From a candidate division FCPU426 bacterium (GTDB taxonomy: Bacteria; Oederibacteriota; PGYV01; Palsa-1178): 64,000 bases of DNA. The stretch's first letter is position 1. Every line of letters starts with the position of its first letter. The stretch covers positions 1,088,001 to 1,152,000 of the forward strand of contig CAWIXE010000001.1 in assembly GCA_963840035.1 (NCBI GenBank), read 5' to 3'. Below, in pieces: positions 19,355 to 28,733 of the stretch. The position numbers and the translations under genes were made by a program. The notes beneath the pieces were generated by a model. It was not told the DNA's origin. It ran no database searches and saw nothing but the letters and a program-made list of their open reading frames with translations.

Positions 19355-21469
19355 ATGGCATACATTAAAGAATCGGTTGAAATAGCCGGCAAGACGCTTA
19401 CCATTGAAACGGGTAAGATGGCAAAACAGGCGGGCGGAGCTGTCATCGTGACGCTCGGAGAGACCATGGTCATCTCCACTGTCTGCGCAAGCAAGGAAGC
19501 AAAAGAAGGGCAGGATTTCTTTCCTTTAACTGTTGAGTACAGGGAAAAATTCAACGCGGCGGGAAAAATCCCGGGCGGATTCTTCAAAAGGGAAGGAAAA
19601 GCGCGCGATAAGGAAACACTCACATGCCGCTTAATTGACAGGCCTTTAAGGCCCCTTTTCCCTGAAGGATATTTAAACGAAGTACAGATCATCAATTCCG
19701 TCATATCATTTGACGGGTTAAATGACCCGGACGTCCTTGCCATCATCGGCTCGGGCGCGGCCATTGACATCTCAGACATACCTTTTGACGGGCCCATCGG
19801 CGCCGTACGCGTCGGCAGGATTGACGGAAAGATAGTCATTAACCCGACAAACGAGGAAAAAGATTTATCTGATGTTGACGTAATCATCGCCGGCACAGAG
19901 CTGGCTGTCACCATGATAGAGGGCGAAGCAAAGGAACTCACAGAAGAGCAGATGCTCGAAGTTATCCTGGCAGGACACGCTGAAGTTAAAAAGATCGCGG
20001 CGTTTATAAAGAACCTCAGGTCAAAAGCGGGCAAGGCAAAACGCGAAGTTAAGCTCGTCGTTGTTAACCCGGAACTTAAGGCGCAGGTAAAGACTCTCGC
20101 CGAAGCCGGCATCATCACGGCCATGAAGGAACTTGACAAACTTAAAAGGCAGGACTTAATCGATGCGGTCAAGAACACTGCGAAAGAAAAACTCTTAGCC
20201 GAGTTTGGCGAAGAAGCCTACGCTAAAAAACTCAGGGACATCAAGATGGTCCTTGAAGAGATAGAAATGAACTCGCTGCGCGACAAAATCACAAAAGAAC
20301 ACATCAGGCCGGACGGAAGGAAGTTTGACGAGATCAGGCAGATAGACTGCGAGATCACGGTACTTCCCAGGACCCACGGTTCCGCGCTGTTCACAAGAGG
20401 GCAGACACAGGCTCTCGTTGTAGCAACGCTTGGTTCGGATGAAGACGCTCAGATACTTGATGACATCGAAGGCGAGTCAAAGAAGTCCTTTACCCTTCAG
20501 TATAACTTCCCGCCGTTTTCGGTCGGCGAAGTTAAGAGAATGGGAGGCCCGGGCAGGAGGGAAGTCGGCCACGGAGCGCTCGCTGAAAGGGCTATCAAAG
20601 CCATAATGCCGGACAGGGAATCATTCCCTTACACGGTACAGATAGTTTCAGACATACTTGAGTCAAACGGCTCGTCATCCATGGCATCGGTTTGCGGCGC
20701 GACATTGGCGCTCATGGACGCAGGAGTGCCTATTAAAAAAGCTGTCGCGGGCATCGCGATGGGTTTAATCGAGCAGGACGGAAAGTTCGCCATTTTAACC
20801 GACATCCAGGGCGCCGAGGACCATTTCGGCGATATGGATTTCAAGGTGGCGGGCACGAAAGACGGCATAACAGCCATCCAGATGGACATTAAGATAAAGG
20901 GCGTAACTCCCCAGCTGATGAAGGACGCGCTCGAGCAGGCGAGGAAAGCCAGGCTCTTCATACTTGAAGAGAAGATCTTAAAATGCATAGCAGAGCCGAA
21001 GAAGGAAATGTCCCAGTACGCCCCGAAGATGACGGTCATCATGATTAATAAAGAGAAGATCAAGTCATTAATCGGGCCGGGCGGAAAGAATATCAAGCGC
21101 ATAGTTGAGGAAACAGGCGCGAAGATAGACATAGAGCAGGACGGTTCCGTAAAAGTATTCGCGGCCAACGGTGAAGTGCTTGCCATGGTTGAGAAGATGG
21201 TCGGCGAGCTCGCCGGATACCCTGAAATTGGAAAACTCTACATGGGCGAAGTCATCAAGATAATGGCGTTCGGCGCGTTTATCGAAGTTATGCCGGGCAC
21301 CGAGGGCTTATGCCACATCTCCGAGATATCGGAGCAGAGGGTGAACAAAGTCGAGGACGTCATGAAAGAGGGCGACAAGTTCTGGGTAAAAGTAAAAGGC
21401 ATAGACGAGCGTACAGGCAAGATATCGCTCTCGAAAAAAGAAGCCGATAAGGAACTTGGCAGCAAGTAA
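19355..21469 (+). CDS. pnp: Polyribonucleotide nucleotidyltransferase (PNPase)
   Basis: RNase PH domains (RREVGHGALAERA, DHFGDMDFKVAGT), KH and S1 domains; rpsO-pnp synteny. Confidence 0.98.
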   Translation: MAYIKESVEIAGKTLTIETGKMAKQAGGAVIVTLGETMVISTVCASKEAKEGQDFFPLTVEYREKFNAAGKIPGGFFKREGKARDKETLTCRLIDRPLRPLFPEGYLNEVQIINSVISFDGLNDPDVLAIIGSGAAIDISDIPFDGPIGAVRVGRIDGKIVINPTNEEKDLSDVDVIIAGTELAVTMIEGEAKELTEEQMLEVILAGHAEVKKIAAFIKNLRSKAGKAKREVKLVVVNPELKAQVKTLAEAGIITAMKELDKLKRQDLIDAVKNTAKEKLLAEFGEEAYAKKLRDIKMVLEEIEMNSLRDKITKEHIRPDGRKFDEIRQIDCEITVLPRTHGSALFTRGQTQALVVATLGSDEDAQILDDIEGESKKSFTLQYNFPPFSVGEVKRMGGPGRREVGHGALAERAIKAIMPDRESFPYTVQIVSDILESNGSSSMASVCGATLALMDAGVPIKKAVAGIAMGLIEQDGKFAILTDIQGAEDHFGDMDFKVAGTKDGITAIQMDIKIKGVTPQLMKDALEQARKARLFILEEKILKCIAEPKKEMSQYAPKMTVIMINKEKIKSLIGPGGKNIKRIVEETGAKIDIEQDGSVKVFAANGEVLAMVEKMVGELAGYPEIGKLYMGEVIKIMAFGAFIEVMPGTEGLCHISEISEQRVNKVEDVMKEGDKFWVKVKGIDERTGKISLSKKEADKELGSK

Positions 21470-21472
21470 AAG

Positions 21473-22528
21473 ATGAAGAACCATCACCGTGCAAGCGGAA
21501 AGGTTTTTCATGAAGATAAGCTCCTTTTCCCGGGTAAGATTACCAGGGGAGAAGGCGCCGTCAGTGAAATAAACGCGGGGCCCTACAGGGCCCCGTTTTT
21601 ATTTTCCGACAGTTACGTGATGAGGGAATACGCCAAGCCTGTTTTTTCAAACAATCCGGATCTTAAACAGATTATTTTCTCCGGGCAGGTATGGCCGGGC
21701 GAATCATACAGGGTCAAAAGGATACTGGCTGAAGCCGGTGCCGACTGCCTTATAGCCATGGGCGGGGGAAAGGTCATGGACCTGGCAAAACTGATGAAAA
21801 AAGAGATGCCCGCGATGAAACTTATAGCGGTTCCCACGTCAGCCGCCACGTGCGCAGCCATGACACCTGTGGCTGTCATGTATGACAAAGACGGGGCTTA
21901 CGCGGACACGCTGGACACGCCGGTGCCTGATGAGGTCGTGATGGACTATGAAATATTTTATAAGCTTCCAATGCCGTTTTTCGCGGCCGGCGCGGCCGAT
22001 GCCATGGCAAAGTATTACGAGACTTCAGCCGCCCAGAAAAAACACAGGACAAAGAACGGCAGGGCGGTATTAAAGGCGGCCCTGGCGTGCAAGGAAATGC
22101 TCAAGGAACTTATATTCTTAAAATGGGAAAACCCGGACAATGATGTAAAAAGGCAGCTCGCAGAACTTAATATAATCACATCCGGCATGATATCCTGCGG
22201 CGGAAGGTTTGAGATAACCGGACTCATGGCGCACTGCGCCGCGCATGCCATGACGCACATACCATCTTGCAGGGAATACCTTCACGGAGAGCACGCTGCG
22301 GCAGGGCTTATCCTCCAGGAAGGCATATTAAATAACAAAAAGAATATTTCCGAACTTCAGGTAATCTTCAGCATTATCGACGCGCCCCTGAACCTTGCGT
22401 CAGTGGGAATGAAAAAAAGCGACCTTAAGGCTTTTTTTGAGGCATACGAAAAGATCAGCCAAAGGGAAAAAATATACCTTTATAGCCCTAAAAAACTGTT
22501 GTATAATAATCTGGAAGCGTATTTATAA
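21473..22528 (+). CDS. Iron-containing alcohol dehydrogenase family, glycerol dehydrogenase-like
   Basis: GGGKVMDLAK, VPTSAATCA, AGAADAMAKYYE, H..AH and LHGE motifs. Confidence 0.8.
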   Translation: MKNHHRASGKVFHEDKLLFPGKITRGEGAVSEINAGPYRAPFLFSDSYVMREYAKPVFSNNPDLKQIIFSGQVWPGESYRVKRILAEAGADCLIAMGGGKVMDLAKLMKKEMPAMKLIAVPTSAATCAAMTPVAVMYDKDGAYADTLDTPVPDEVVMDYEIFYKLPMPFFAAGAADAMAKYYETSAAQKKHRTKNGRAVLKAALACKEMLKELIFLKWENPDNDVKRQLAELNIITSGMISCGGRFEITGLMAHCAAHAMTHIPSCREYLHGEHAAAGLILQEGILNNKKNISELQVIFSIIDAPLNLASVGMKKSDLKAFFEAYEKISQREKIYLYSPKKLLYNNLEAYL

Positions 22529-22549
22529 GGCGAGGGCAAGATAAAGGCA

Positions 22550-22604
22550 GTTTTAAGTTTGAGGTTTTAAGATGGTTTTTATCTTGAAACTTAAAACTTC
22601 AAAT
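22550..22604. repeat. Heptamer tandem-repeat hairpin
   Basis: GTTTTAA GTTTGAG GTTTTAA ... TTGAAAC TTAAAAC TTCAAAT. Confidence 0.55.
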
Positions 22605-22633
22605 TGATTTCATCCGTTCCACCGAGGGATTAC

Positions 22634-23096
22634 ATGCCGGAAAAAAAGAACAAAAGCGCTGATAAGGACGTTGTTAATAACGCCGGAGAAAACCAGGACA
22701 TAGACGGTATATTTAAGGATATAACCGCGGGCGATAAATTCATTAACGTGCCTAAAACACTCATGAAAAAGGAAGAGTGGGGAATGCTTACCGTGTTATC
22801 CCTGCTTTTGGCCGGGATTTTCCCCGCTTATTTTGTCAACATACTCCTCATATCCTTTTTCACGGAAGTCGGACATTTTTTTACAACGCACATCACGGAA
22901 GTCGAGAAGAAAAAGGCTCCTTGAGTTTGAGCGCGAGTTCAGGGCCGGATATGACATGGAAAAAGAGGAAAAGTGGAAGGAAGCCATCGCACTTTACGAG
23001 TCGCTAATCCCGCTATTTAAGGATAACCCGAAAATAGCGGCCATTGCCATACAGCGGGTGGAATGGATAGAAAAAAACCACCCGGACAAGGGATGA
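22634..23096 (+). pseudogene. Small membrane protein with helical C-terminus, apparently split by a frameshift at A5 run 22910-22914
   Basis: ORF 22634-22924 ends ...TEVEKKKAP*; the +1 frame continues RLLEFEREFRAG...KWKEAIALYESL to 23096, abutting the next gene. Confidence 0.55.
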
Positions 23097-23097
23097 A

Positions 23098-24930
23098 ATG
23101 TTCTGCGTAAACTGCGGCGTCAAGCTTGAGAAGGAAACAAAGTTTTGCGCCAAGTGCGGCAAGCCGGTTAAAAGCGCGGCTGAAGCCGCGGAAGACATAC
23201 TCTCATCGTTCAGAAAAAAACAGTATGACGGCCTCATGGAAAAAGTCAAAGCCATTGAATCCTCCCTGGATCCGGATTTTGCCGGAAAATTAAAGGGGGA
23301 CCTTGCTTTTGTAAAAGGCAACTACCGCGATGCCAATGATTACTACCACAAACTTTCAAAAAAAGCGGTGTCATGGGACGTCAGGTTTAATCTGGCGCTC
23401 ATAGACCTCTCCAGCGGACGGCCAGCTGACGCCATCTCACACCTCCTTAAAATAACAAACCTTGACGTGGACGTTAAGTCCAGTCTTATGTATTCCGACC
23501 GTTATAAGGACACCAAGGCGCTTTTTAAGGATATCTACCTGTACCTTGGAGTACTGTACAGGAACACGAACAATCAGGAAAAGGCGGTAGATGCCTTTGA
23601 AAAAGCCGTGCAGTACGACCCGGACAACGAACTGGCGCACGCAAACCTGGGCGATATTATGTTTAAAGAGGACAATTACGACAGCGCGATAAAGTATTAC
23701 AAACTGGCGGTAAAGGCTGGCGATGACCCGTTAAAAAAATCACACCTTTATAACGACCTGGGGCTCGCGTATTTCAGGAAAGGGCTTATAGAAGAGGCCA
23801 TAAGCAGTTTCAAAAACGCGATTCTCCTTAATTCCGACAACAAAAACGCGGTATATAACCTGGGGCTTATTTACGTAAAAAGCGGCATGCAGGACAAGGT
23901 TAAGGACGATTACAAGGAATTTTTAAAGCACGGCAGCGGCGTGGATATAGTATTCAACCTTTCAAGGTCGATAATGGACGTGGCCAAGCATGAGAATACC
24001 GCGGATATGGGAGTGGATTTTATCGGATCGGATGAGTCCATAAGGAAAGCTAAGGAAATAATACACAAGGCCGCGGCCACTGACTCAACCGTTTTTATTA
24101 GCGGCGAGAACGGCACCGGAAAGGAGCTTGCCGCGCGCGGAATACACAGGTCCAGCAAAAGGGCTGATAAGCCATTTATAGTTGTAAACTGCGGGGCCCT
24201 GCCCGAGACCCTTCTTGAATCCGAACTTTTCGGGTATGAAAAAGGCGCGTTCACGGGCGCGGTAAAAGAAAAACCCGGCAGGTTTGAGCTTGCTGATAAA
24301 GGAACAGTATTTTTAGACGAGATAGGTGACATATCGCAGGCCATGCAGGTAAAGCTTCTGCGTTTTGTCCAGCAGAAGGAATTTGAGCGCGTAGGCGGAA
24401 CCTCCACTATCAAAGTGGATGTCAGGATAATCACAGCCACTAATAAGGACCTGAAAAGACTTGTGGCGGATGGAAAGTTCAGGGAAGACCTTTATTACAG
24501 GCTTTATGTCCTGCCGCTGCACATGCCCGCATTACGGGAGCGCGGCAGGGATGTGGTGGAGCTCGCGAATTATTTTCTGGCGAAGTTTGCAGGAAAAAAC
24601 TCAAGAGAATTCACCGGCTTTACTCCGGCAGCGCTTGAAGCAATAGCTGAATACAGCTGGCCGGGCAATGTCAGGCAGCTGGAGAATGTTATTGAGAGGA
24701 TAGTAACGCTCCATGACGGGCCCGAGGTAAAAGAAGAATACCTTCCGGATGAACTTAAACCGGGCGCGGCCGTAACGAAAGAGGCCGCGGCAGCTGAAAG
24801 TTCGGATGAGAAGAAAAAAGTAATCGATGCGCTTGCGTCCGTAAAAAATTCCAAGACCAGGGCCGCAAAAAAGTTAGGGATTTCAAGGGTTGGCCTCTGG
24901 AAAAAGATGAAGAAGTTAGGGATTGTTTGA
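23098..24930 (+). CDS. Sigma54-dependent enhancer-binding protein with N-terminal zinc ribbon and TPR repeats and C-terminal Fis HTH
   Basis: CxxC..CxxC, TPRs, [62 protein letters not shown]. Confidence 0.93.
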   Translation: MFCVNCGVKLEKETKFCAKCGKPVKSAAEAAEDILSSFRKKQYDGLMEKVKAIESSLDPDFAGKLKGDLAFVKGNYRDANDYYHKLSKKAVSWDVRFNLALIDLSSGRPADAISHLLKITNLDVDVKSSLMYSDRYKDTKALFKDIYLYLGVLYRNTNNQEKAVDAFEKAVQYDPDNELAHANLGDIMFKEDNYDSAIKYYKLAVKAGDDPLKKSHLYNDLGLAYFRKGLIEEAISSFKNAILLNSDNKNAVYNLGLIYVKSGMQDKVKDDYKEFLKHGSGVDIVFNLSRSIMDVAKHENTADMGVDFIGSDESIRKAKEIIHKAAATDSTVFISGENGTGKELAARGIHRSSKRADKPFIVVNCGALPETLLESELFGYEKGAFTGAVKEKPGRFELADKGTVFLDEIGDISQAMQVKLLRFVQQKEFERVGGTSTIKVDVRIITATNKDLKRLVADGKFREDLYYRLYVLPLHMPALRERGRDVVELANYFLAKFAGKNSREFTGFTPAALEAIAEYSWPGNVRQLENVIERIVTLHDGPEVKEEYLPDELKPGAAVTKEAAAAESSDEKKKVIDALASVKNSKTRAAKKLGISRVGLWKKMKKLGIV

Positions 24931-24937
24931 TTTTTTT

Positions 24938-24994
24938 GTAGGGGCAATTCATGAATTGCCCAACCAAGGCGGGCGATTCGTGAATCGCCCCTAC
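24938..24994. repeat. Inverted GTAG-REP pair
   Basis: GTAGGGGCAATTCATGAATTGCCC ... GGGCGATTCGTGAATCGCCCCTAC; same family as 18870-18893. Confidence 0.8.
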
Positions 24995-25016
24995 AAAGGG
25001 CAGTTCCGGAACGGAT

Positions 25017-25076
25017 GTTATCTCAGTTAACACCTAGTTAACAATATGTTAACCAAGTTAACACCCTGGTGTTAAC
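25017..25076. promoter_or_regulatory. Array of five GTTAAC palindromes, candidate upstream activator sequence
   Basis: GTTAAC at 25026, 25037, 25048, 25057 and 25071. Confidence 0.6.
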
Positions 25077-25115
25077 CAACCGAAAGAAACTCCTTATAAA
25101 TATAGCCTATAAATA

Positions 25116-25131
25116 TGGCATGTATATTGCT
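25116..25131 (+). promoter_or_regulatory. Sigma54 (-24/-12) promoter
   Basis: TGGCATGTATATTGCT with GG and GC at exact spacing. Confidence 0.8.
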
Positions 25132-25162
25132 TATATAATCATGTAATTATAGGAGGCAATAT

Positions 25163-25348
25163 ATGACATATCAATGCGTAGTAAAAAAAGGCCATACTGG
25201 AGCGGGAAAGTATATAGAGCAGACAATTTATGTCGTAGCTAATGATGTATTGGAAGCTATGAAACTGGCCATGCAAAGGGGCGGCGTTAAAAAAGGCCGT
25301 GGTTATGAGTCGGGACAGAGTGTTGTGGAAGTTAAAAAAATAAATTAA
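25163..25348 (+). CDS. Small basic hypothetical protein (61 aa), probable sigma54 target
   Basis: AGGAGG RBS, sigma54 promoter upstream, terminator downstream. Confidence 0.75.
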   Translation: MTYQCVVKKGHTGAGKYIEQTIYVVANDVLEAMKLAMQRGGVKKGRGYESGQSVVEVKKIN

Positions 25349-25378
25349 TTATCAATTTTATATTTTCAATTTTCAATT

Positions 25379-25401
25379 AAACCGCTTAGGGCGGTTTTTT
25401 T
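25379..25401 (+). terminator. Intrinsic terminator
   Basis: AAACCGC-TTAGG-GCGGTTT followed by a T-run. Confidence 0.75.
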
Positions 25402-25427
25402 TATTTGTATACAATTGAAAATTGTAT

Positions 25428-28400
25428 TTAACGCATTATTTCAATATAATAACTCAGCGCCTTTGACTTCTCGTCAGTCGTAATCACTATCGTGTTCTTA
25501 TCCGGGGTGGAGAAATTTTTATATTCCGCTTTTATGTAGTTATTTGCGTCAAGGGTATGAATTTTGACTGACTTGAACCTGTTAACCTGTATGGTGCATT
25601 TGGAATATACGGGTTCGAGCAGGATGGGGGAAGAGCCGCCGTATATCAGCGACGTGTGCGTGGGGCTGTATTTTGTGCCTGTGTTATCCATGCGCGCTGT
25701 TGTATTAAGGGCCAATTTTGAAGAGGCGGCAATCGGCGACCCGTCAAGCGATACCAGAAATATTGAGGCGTACTCATTAGTTGATTTTACGCGGAAGTTC
25801 CTGAACTTAACACCGCTCTTTTCCGCGCCAAGGAAACCGATGGCGCCCTGTATCCTGTCGGAGACTGTCTGGAAGATGCCTTTCTTAAAGTTCCAGTAAA
25901 GTTCTCCGGTCAATGAAAGCGCCGCGTCCCGGGAAAGTTTGGGGTTGTATTTTTTGCTCTGTGCCGCCGGGTCAAAGGTTTTGGAGCATGCCATCATGAG
26001 CGGCGCCGTGATGTCGTCATTGACAAGCTTATACGAGGAGGATTTCGTGAAGAAAATATCGTCGTCCGACACATACTCCACAAGCTTCTCAGGGCTTTCC
26101 TTTATATAGCCGTTCCTGAATATCATCACGGCAGGGAGCCAGTTTGATAAGGTGTCGGGCCATACGGAGAAATCGGCAAAGTGGGCAAGGCTGTTTTTCC
26201 ACTCGAAATTTGAAAAATTAAACTGCAGGAAAGCGTCCCAGCCGTTTAAGGCGGCGTATGAAGCCATGATGACAGGCGCGCCGGCCCGGTATTCGTTCGG
26301 TATAAGGGAGTTCCACTCTGATACGGTGAAAGGCTTTTTATCCACGCGCGCGTGCGCGAGTTCGGTCACACAGTTGGATTTGGATTTTATCATGGGCAGG
26401 TTCTTAAATGAAATGTTTTCCTGCATGGTCCAGCCGCCTGAAGGGTGGTCCCAATAGCTGTGGCGGTCCACGAAGTCCAGCGAAGCGTTTACTTTTATAT
26501 CCGCGTCCCATGGCTCCCAGTGGTTGGAGCCTGTCACCAGGGCTTTTACGCCAAGGGATTTGATGAAATCATACATTCTGTGATAGAAGACATACTCGGT
26601 CTGGTAATAAAATTCCTTTGTATCGGCGCCGCGGCCGAGGCAGTTTGATTCAAACATGGTCTTTAAATCTTCCCAGTTAACCTTGAATTTTTCCCTTGCC
26701 ACGGTGCCATTATTGAAATCTTCGTAGGAGAGCAGGTCAGAGTCGCCTGATTTAGCCCACTCCTGCTTTAAGGCGTCCATTGTTTTGTATTTATCAAGAA
26801 GGAATTTGTTGAACATGGCGTCCAGTTTGACTTTATAGGCGGGCGGAAAGTCCTTGTTCCTGTCAGCGTAAAAAAGAGTTGATTCGTTGACGATTTCCAT
26901 GAATACAATTGCCGGTTCTTCCGTGTATTTGAGTTTTGTATACTGGTTCTCGTGCGTTAAAAGCGCGGTTATGTATTCTTTAGTGAGCGCCTGCAGCCTG
27001 TCGTCTATGAATATGACTTCTTTGAACCCGGCGGGTATGGAGGCGTAATTCTCCACGCCGTCGCCTGCTTTTGGCCTGCGGTGCACCAGAAGGTCCATAT
27101 AGACATATATGCCGGCGTCCTTTAATTTATAAATAAGATAATCGAGTTTTTCAAGGGACTCCGCCGATAAAGCGCGGGTATTTTCCTTTGAGTAGTCAAT
27201 GACGGACGGGTCGGCCCAGAACGCGTCCATATGATGCAGCCTGACCATGTTAACACCGAGTTTGGCAAGCCGTTTTACCATTTTATCGGTCTCAAAATGA
27301 TTCCTGAAGACATCGCCGGCGACCAGGTTTGTCCCCCAGAATTTCGCGGGTGTTAAGTCGTCAAAAACAGTTTTCCCTGAACCGGAAACAGTTATAAAGC
27401 CGTGTTTTCCGGCGGGCGCGTCAAGGGATGAGGTGAAGTCTATGACAGCGCCTTCCCGGAAATCGTCCTGCTCGAATTCAAAGGCGAACCAGTTGGACCT
27501 ATCCTCGGTTTTTGGGGCTAAAACTTTTAATATTTTTCCATTTTTATCGGTACCCTGTACTTTAAGATTATCTATCCATATGCTTCCAGTGCAGTTTAAA
27601 AGCCCTGCGCTGATTACCATGGTTTTTGTGCCGTCAGGGACCGGATAGTAATTTGACCATAGCGTCCATTCAGGCAGGTCGCCGGCTGATTCGCCTGTGA
27701 CAGGGGGCCATGCGTTATTGACCCGCGCCCCGGAGGCGTCATGGAACTCCACTGATATGCGGGCTTTTTCCCAAGCGTTTGTGCCCTGGACAACGCCTGA
27801 GACCTTGACATAGCCTGAAATGGTGACTGCTTTTATTTTTGGGTCCACGGTTATTTCCTGGGTGATCATGGAATAATTATATGAGGAATTTGTAATCTTA
27901 AAGCAAGTGGGGGAATTATAGCCGGGGGATTCAAAGGATGAGTCGCCCGCCACCCATCCGCCCCAGTAAAAGGGAAGGGTTGAGCCGAATTCCATGCCTC
28001 CGTTTAAAAGCTGGTTGTCATCCTCGCGGGTTATTTCCATGTTGTCGCCCGGTTCAACTGAGATGCTTTTTACATCCATTTCGCCTGAGCAGTTTGACAT
28101 TTCAAGTCCCAATCTGAGCTGCGCCGCGCCGTCAGGAACGTTAATTACATTTACTTTTTCAGACCAGTCAAATGAGCCTTTCCAGCGGCCAAGTTCAGGC
28201 CATCCGCCGAGCTGCGTGCCTTTCTTATCAAAAAAGAGGACCATTACGCGCGCCATTTCCCAGTCTTCTTTTCCCCTTATAACGCCATCTATTTTAATGG
28301 ATGCTTTTACAGTGACTTGTCTTATTTTTTCAGAGTCTATAGGTATATTCTGGTTTAGTGACAGGTAACGGGGATTATTGCCGTTAATGAGCCTTACACA

Positions 28401-28571
28401 GCGCGTCACAGCCGCAGCATCAGTCATATTGACTGACGCGTCGGATGGCAGCCAGTTTTCAATGGCGTTACCGGATACTTTTGAAAAATCCGGGTTTAAG
28501 ACAAGGTTTTCGGCCTGTAAGGATGCAAAAGCAGTGAATAAAATAAGGCAAATCAATAAGTGTTTTCTCAT
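25428..28571 (-). CDS. Secreted clan GH-A (GH5-like) glycoside hydrolase with two N-terminal CBM4/9-like modules
   Basis: Signal peptide; two NL..N..F/E galactose-binding-like repeats; FWGTNL, NMVRLHHMD, EIVNE (acid/base) and VSEWN (nucleophile). Confidence 0.75.
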   Translation of the reverse strand: MRKHLLICLILFTAFASLQAENLVLNPDFSKVSGNAIENWLPSDASVNMTDAAAVTRCVRLINGNNPRYLSLNQNIPIDSEKIRQVTVKASIKIDGVIRGKEDWEMARVMVLFFDKKGTQLGGWPELGRWKGSFDWSEKVNVINVPDGAAQLRLGLEMSNCSGEMDVKSISVEPGDNMEITREDDNQLLNGGMEFGSTLPFYWGGWVAGDSSFESPGYNSPTCFKITNSSYNYSMITQEITVDPKIKAVTISGYVKVSGVVQGTNAWEKARISVEFHDASGARVNNAWPPVTGESAGDLPEWTLWSNYYPVPDGTKTMVISAGLLNCTGSIWIDNLKVQGTDKNGKILKVLAPKTEDRSNWFAFEFEQDDFREGAVIDFTSSLDAPAGKHGFITVSGSGKTVFDDLTPAKFWGTNLVAGDVFRNHFETDKMVKRLAKLGVNMVRLHHMDAFWADPSVIDYSKENTRALSAESLEKLDYLIYKLKDAGIYVYMDLLVHRRPKAGDGVENYASIPAGFKEVIFIDDRLQALTKEYITALLTHENQYTKLKYTEEPAIVFMEIVNESTLFYADRNKDFPPAYKVKLDAMFNKFLLDKYKTMDALKQEWAKSGDSDLLSYEDFNNGTVAREKFKVNWEDLKTMFESNCLGRGADTKEFYYQTEYVFYHRMYDFIKSLGVKALVTGSNHWEPWDADIKVNASLDFVDRHSYWDHPSGGWTMQENISFKNLPMIKSKSNCVTELAHARVDKKPFTVSEWNSLIPNEYRAGAPVIMASYAALNGWDAFLQFNFSNFEWKNSLAHFADFSVWPDTLSNWLPAVMIFRNGYIKESPEKLVEYVSDDDIFFTKSSSYKLVNDDITAPLMMACSKTFDPAAQSKKYNPKLSRDAALSLTGELYWNFKKGIFQTVSDRIQGAIGFLGAEKSGVKFRNFRVKSTNEYASIFLVSLDGSPIAASSKLALNTTARMDNTGTKYSPTHTSLIYGGSSPILLEPVYSKCTIQVNRFKSVKIHTLDANNYIKAEYKNFSTPDKNTIVITTDEKSKALSYYIEIMR

Positions 28572-28653
28572 AGACCCTCCGTCAATGTGTTAATGCCGCT
28601 ATTAGTATAATGAGATTATACTACGAAGGTTGCGGTAATAAAAGACCGAAATA

Positions 28654-28731
28654 CAATCACAAATCCCAAATCACATATCCCAAATAAAAGCGCGGCTTCT
28701 TTTGGGATTTGTGATTTGGGATTTGTGATTG
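28654..28731. repeat. Heptamer tandem-repeat hairpin (CAAATCA/CAAATCC), possible terminator of the upstream kinase gene
   Basis: 31-bp arms 28654-28684 and 28701-28731 with one mismatch. Confidence 0.7.
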
Positions 28732-28733
28732 CC

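Noticed and set aside
19297..21465. Minus-strand ORFs overlapping pnp (and similar ones opposite other genes)
   Set aside because: Antisense to well-supported genes with no recognisable motifs
21473..21540. Possible third frameshift (alternative ATG at 21510 in another frame) in the dehydrogenase
   Set aside because: The existing in-frame ATG 3 bp after pnp gives a complete ORF; no paralog here to test against
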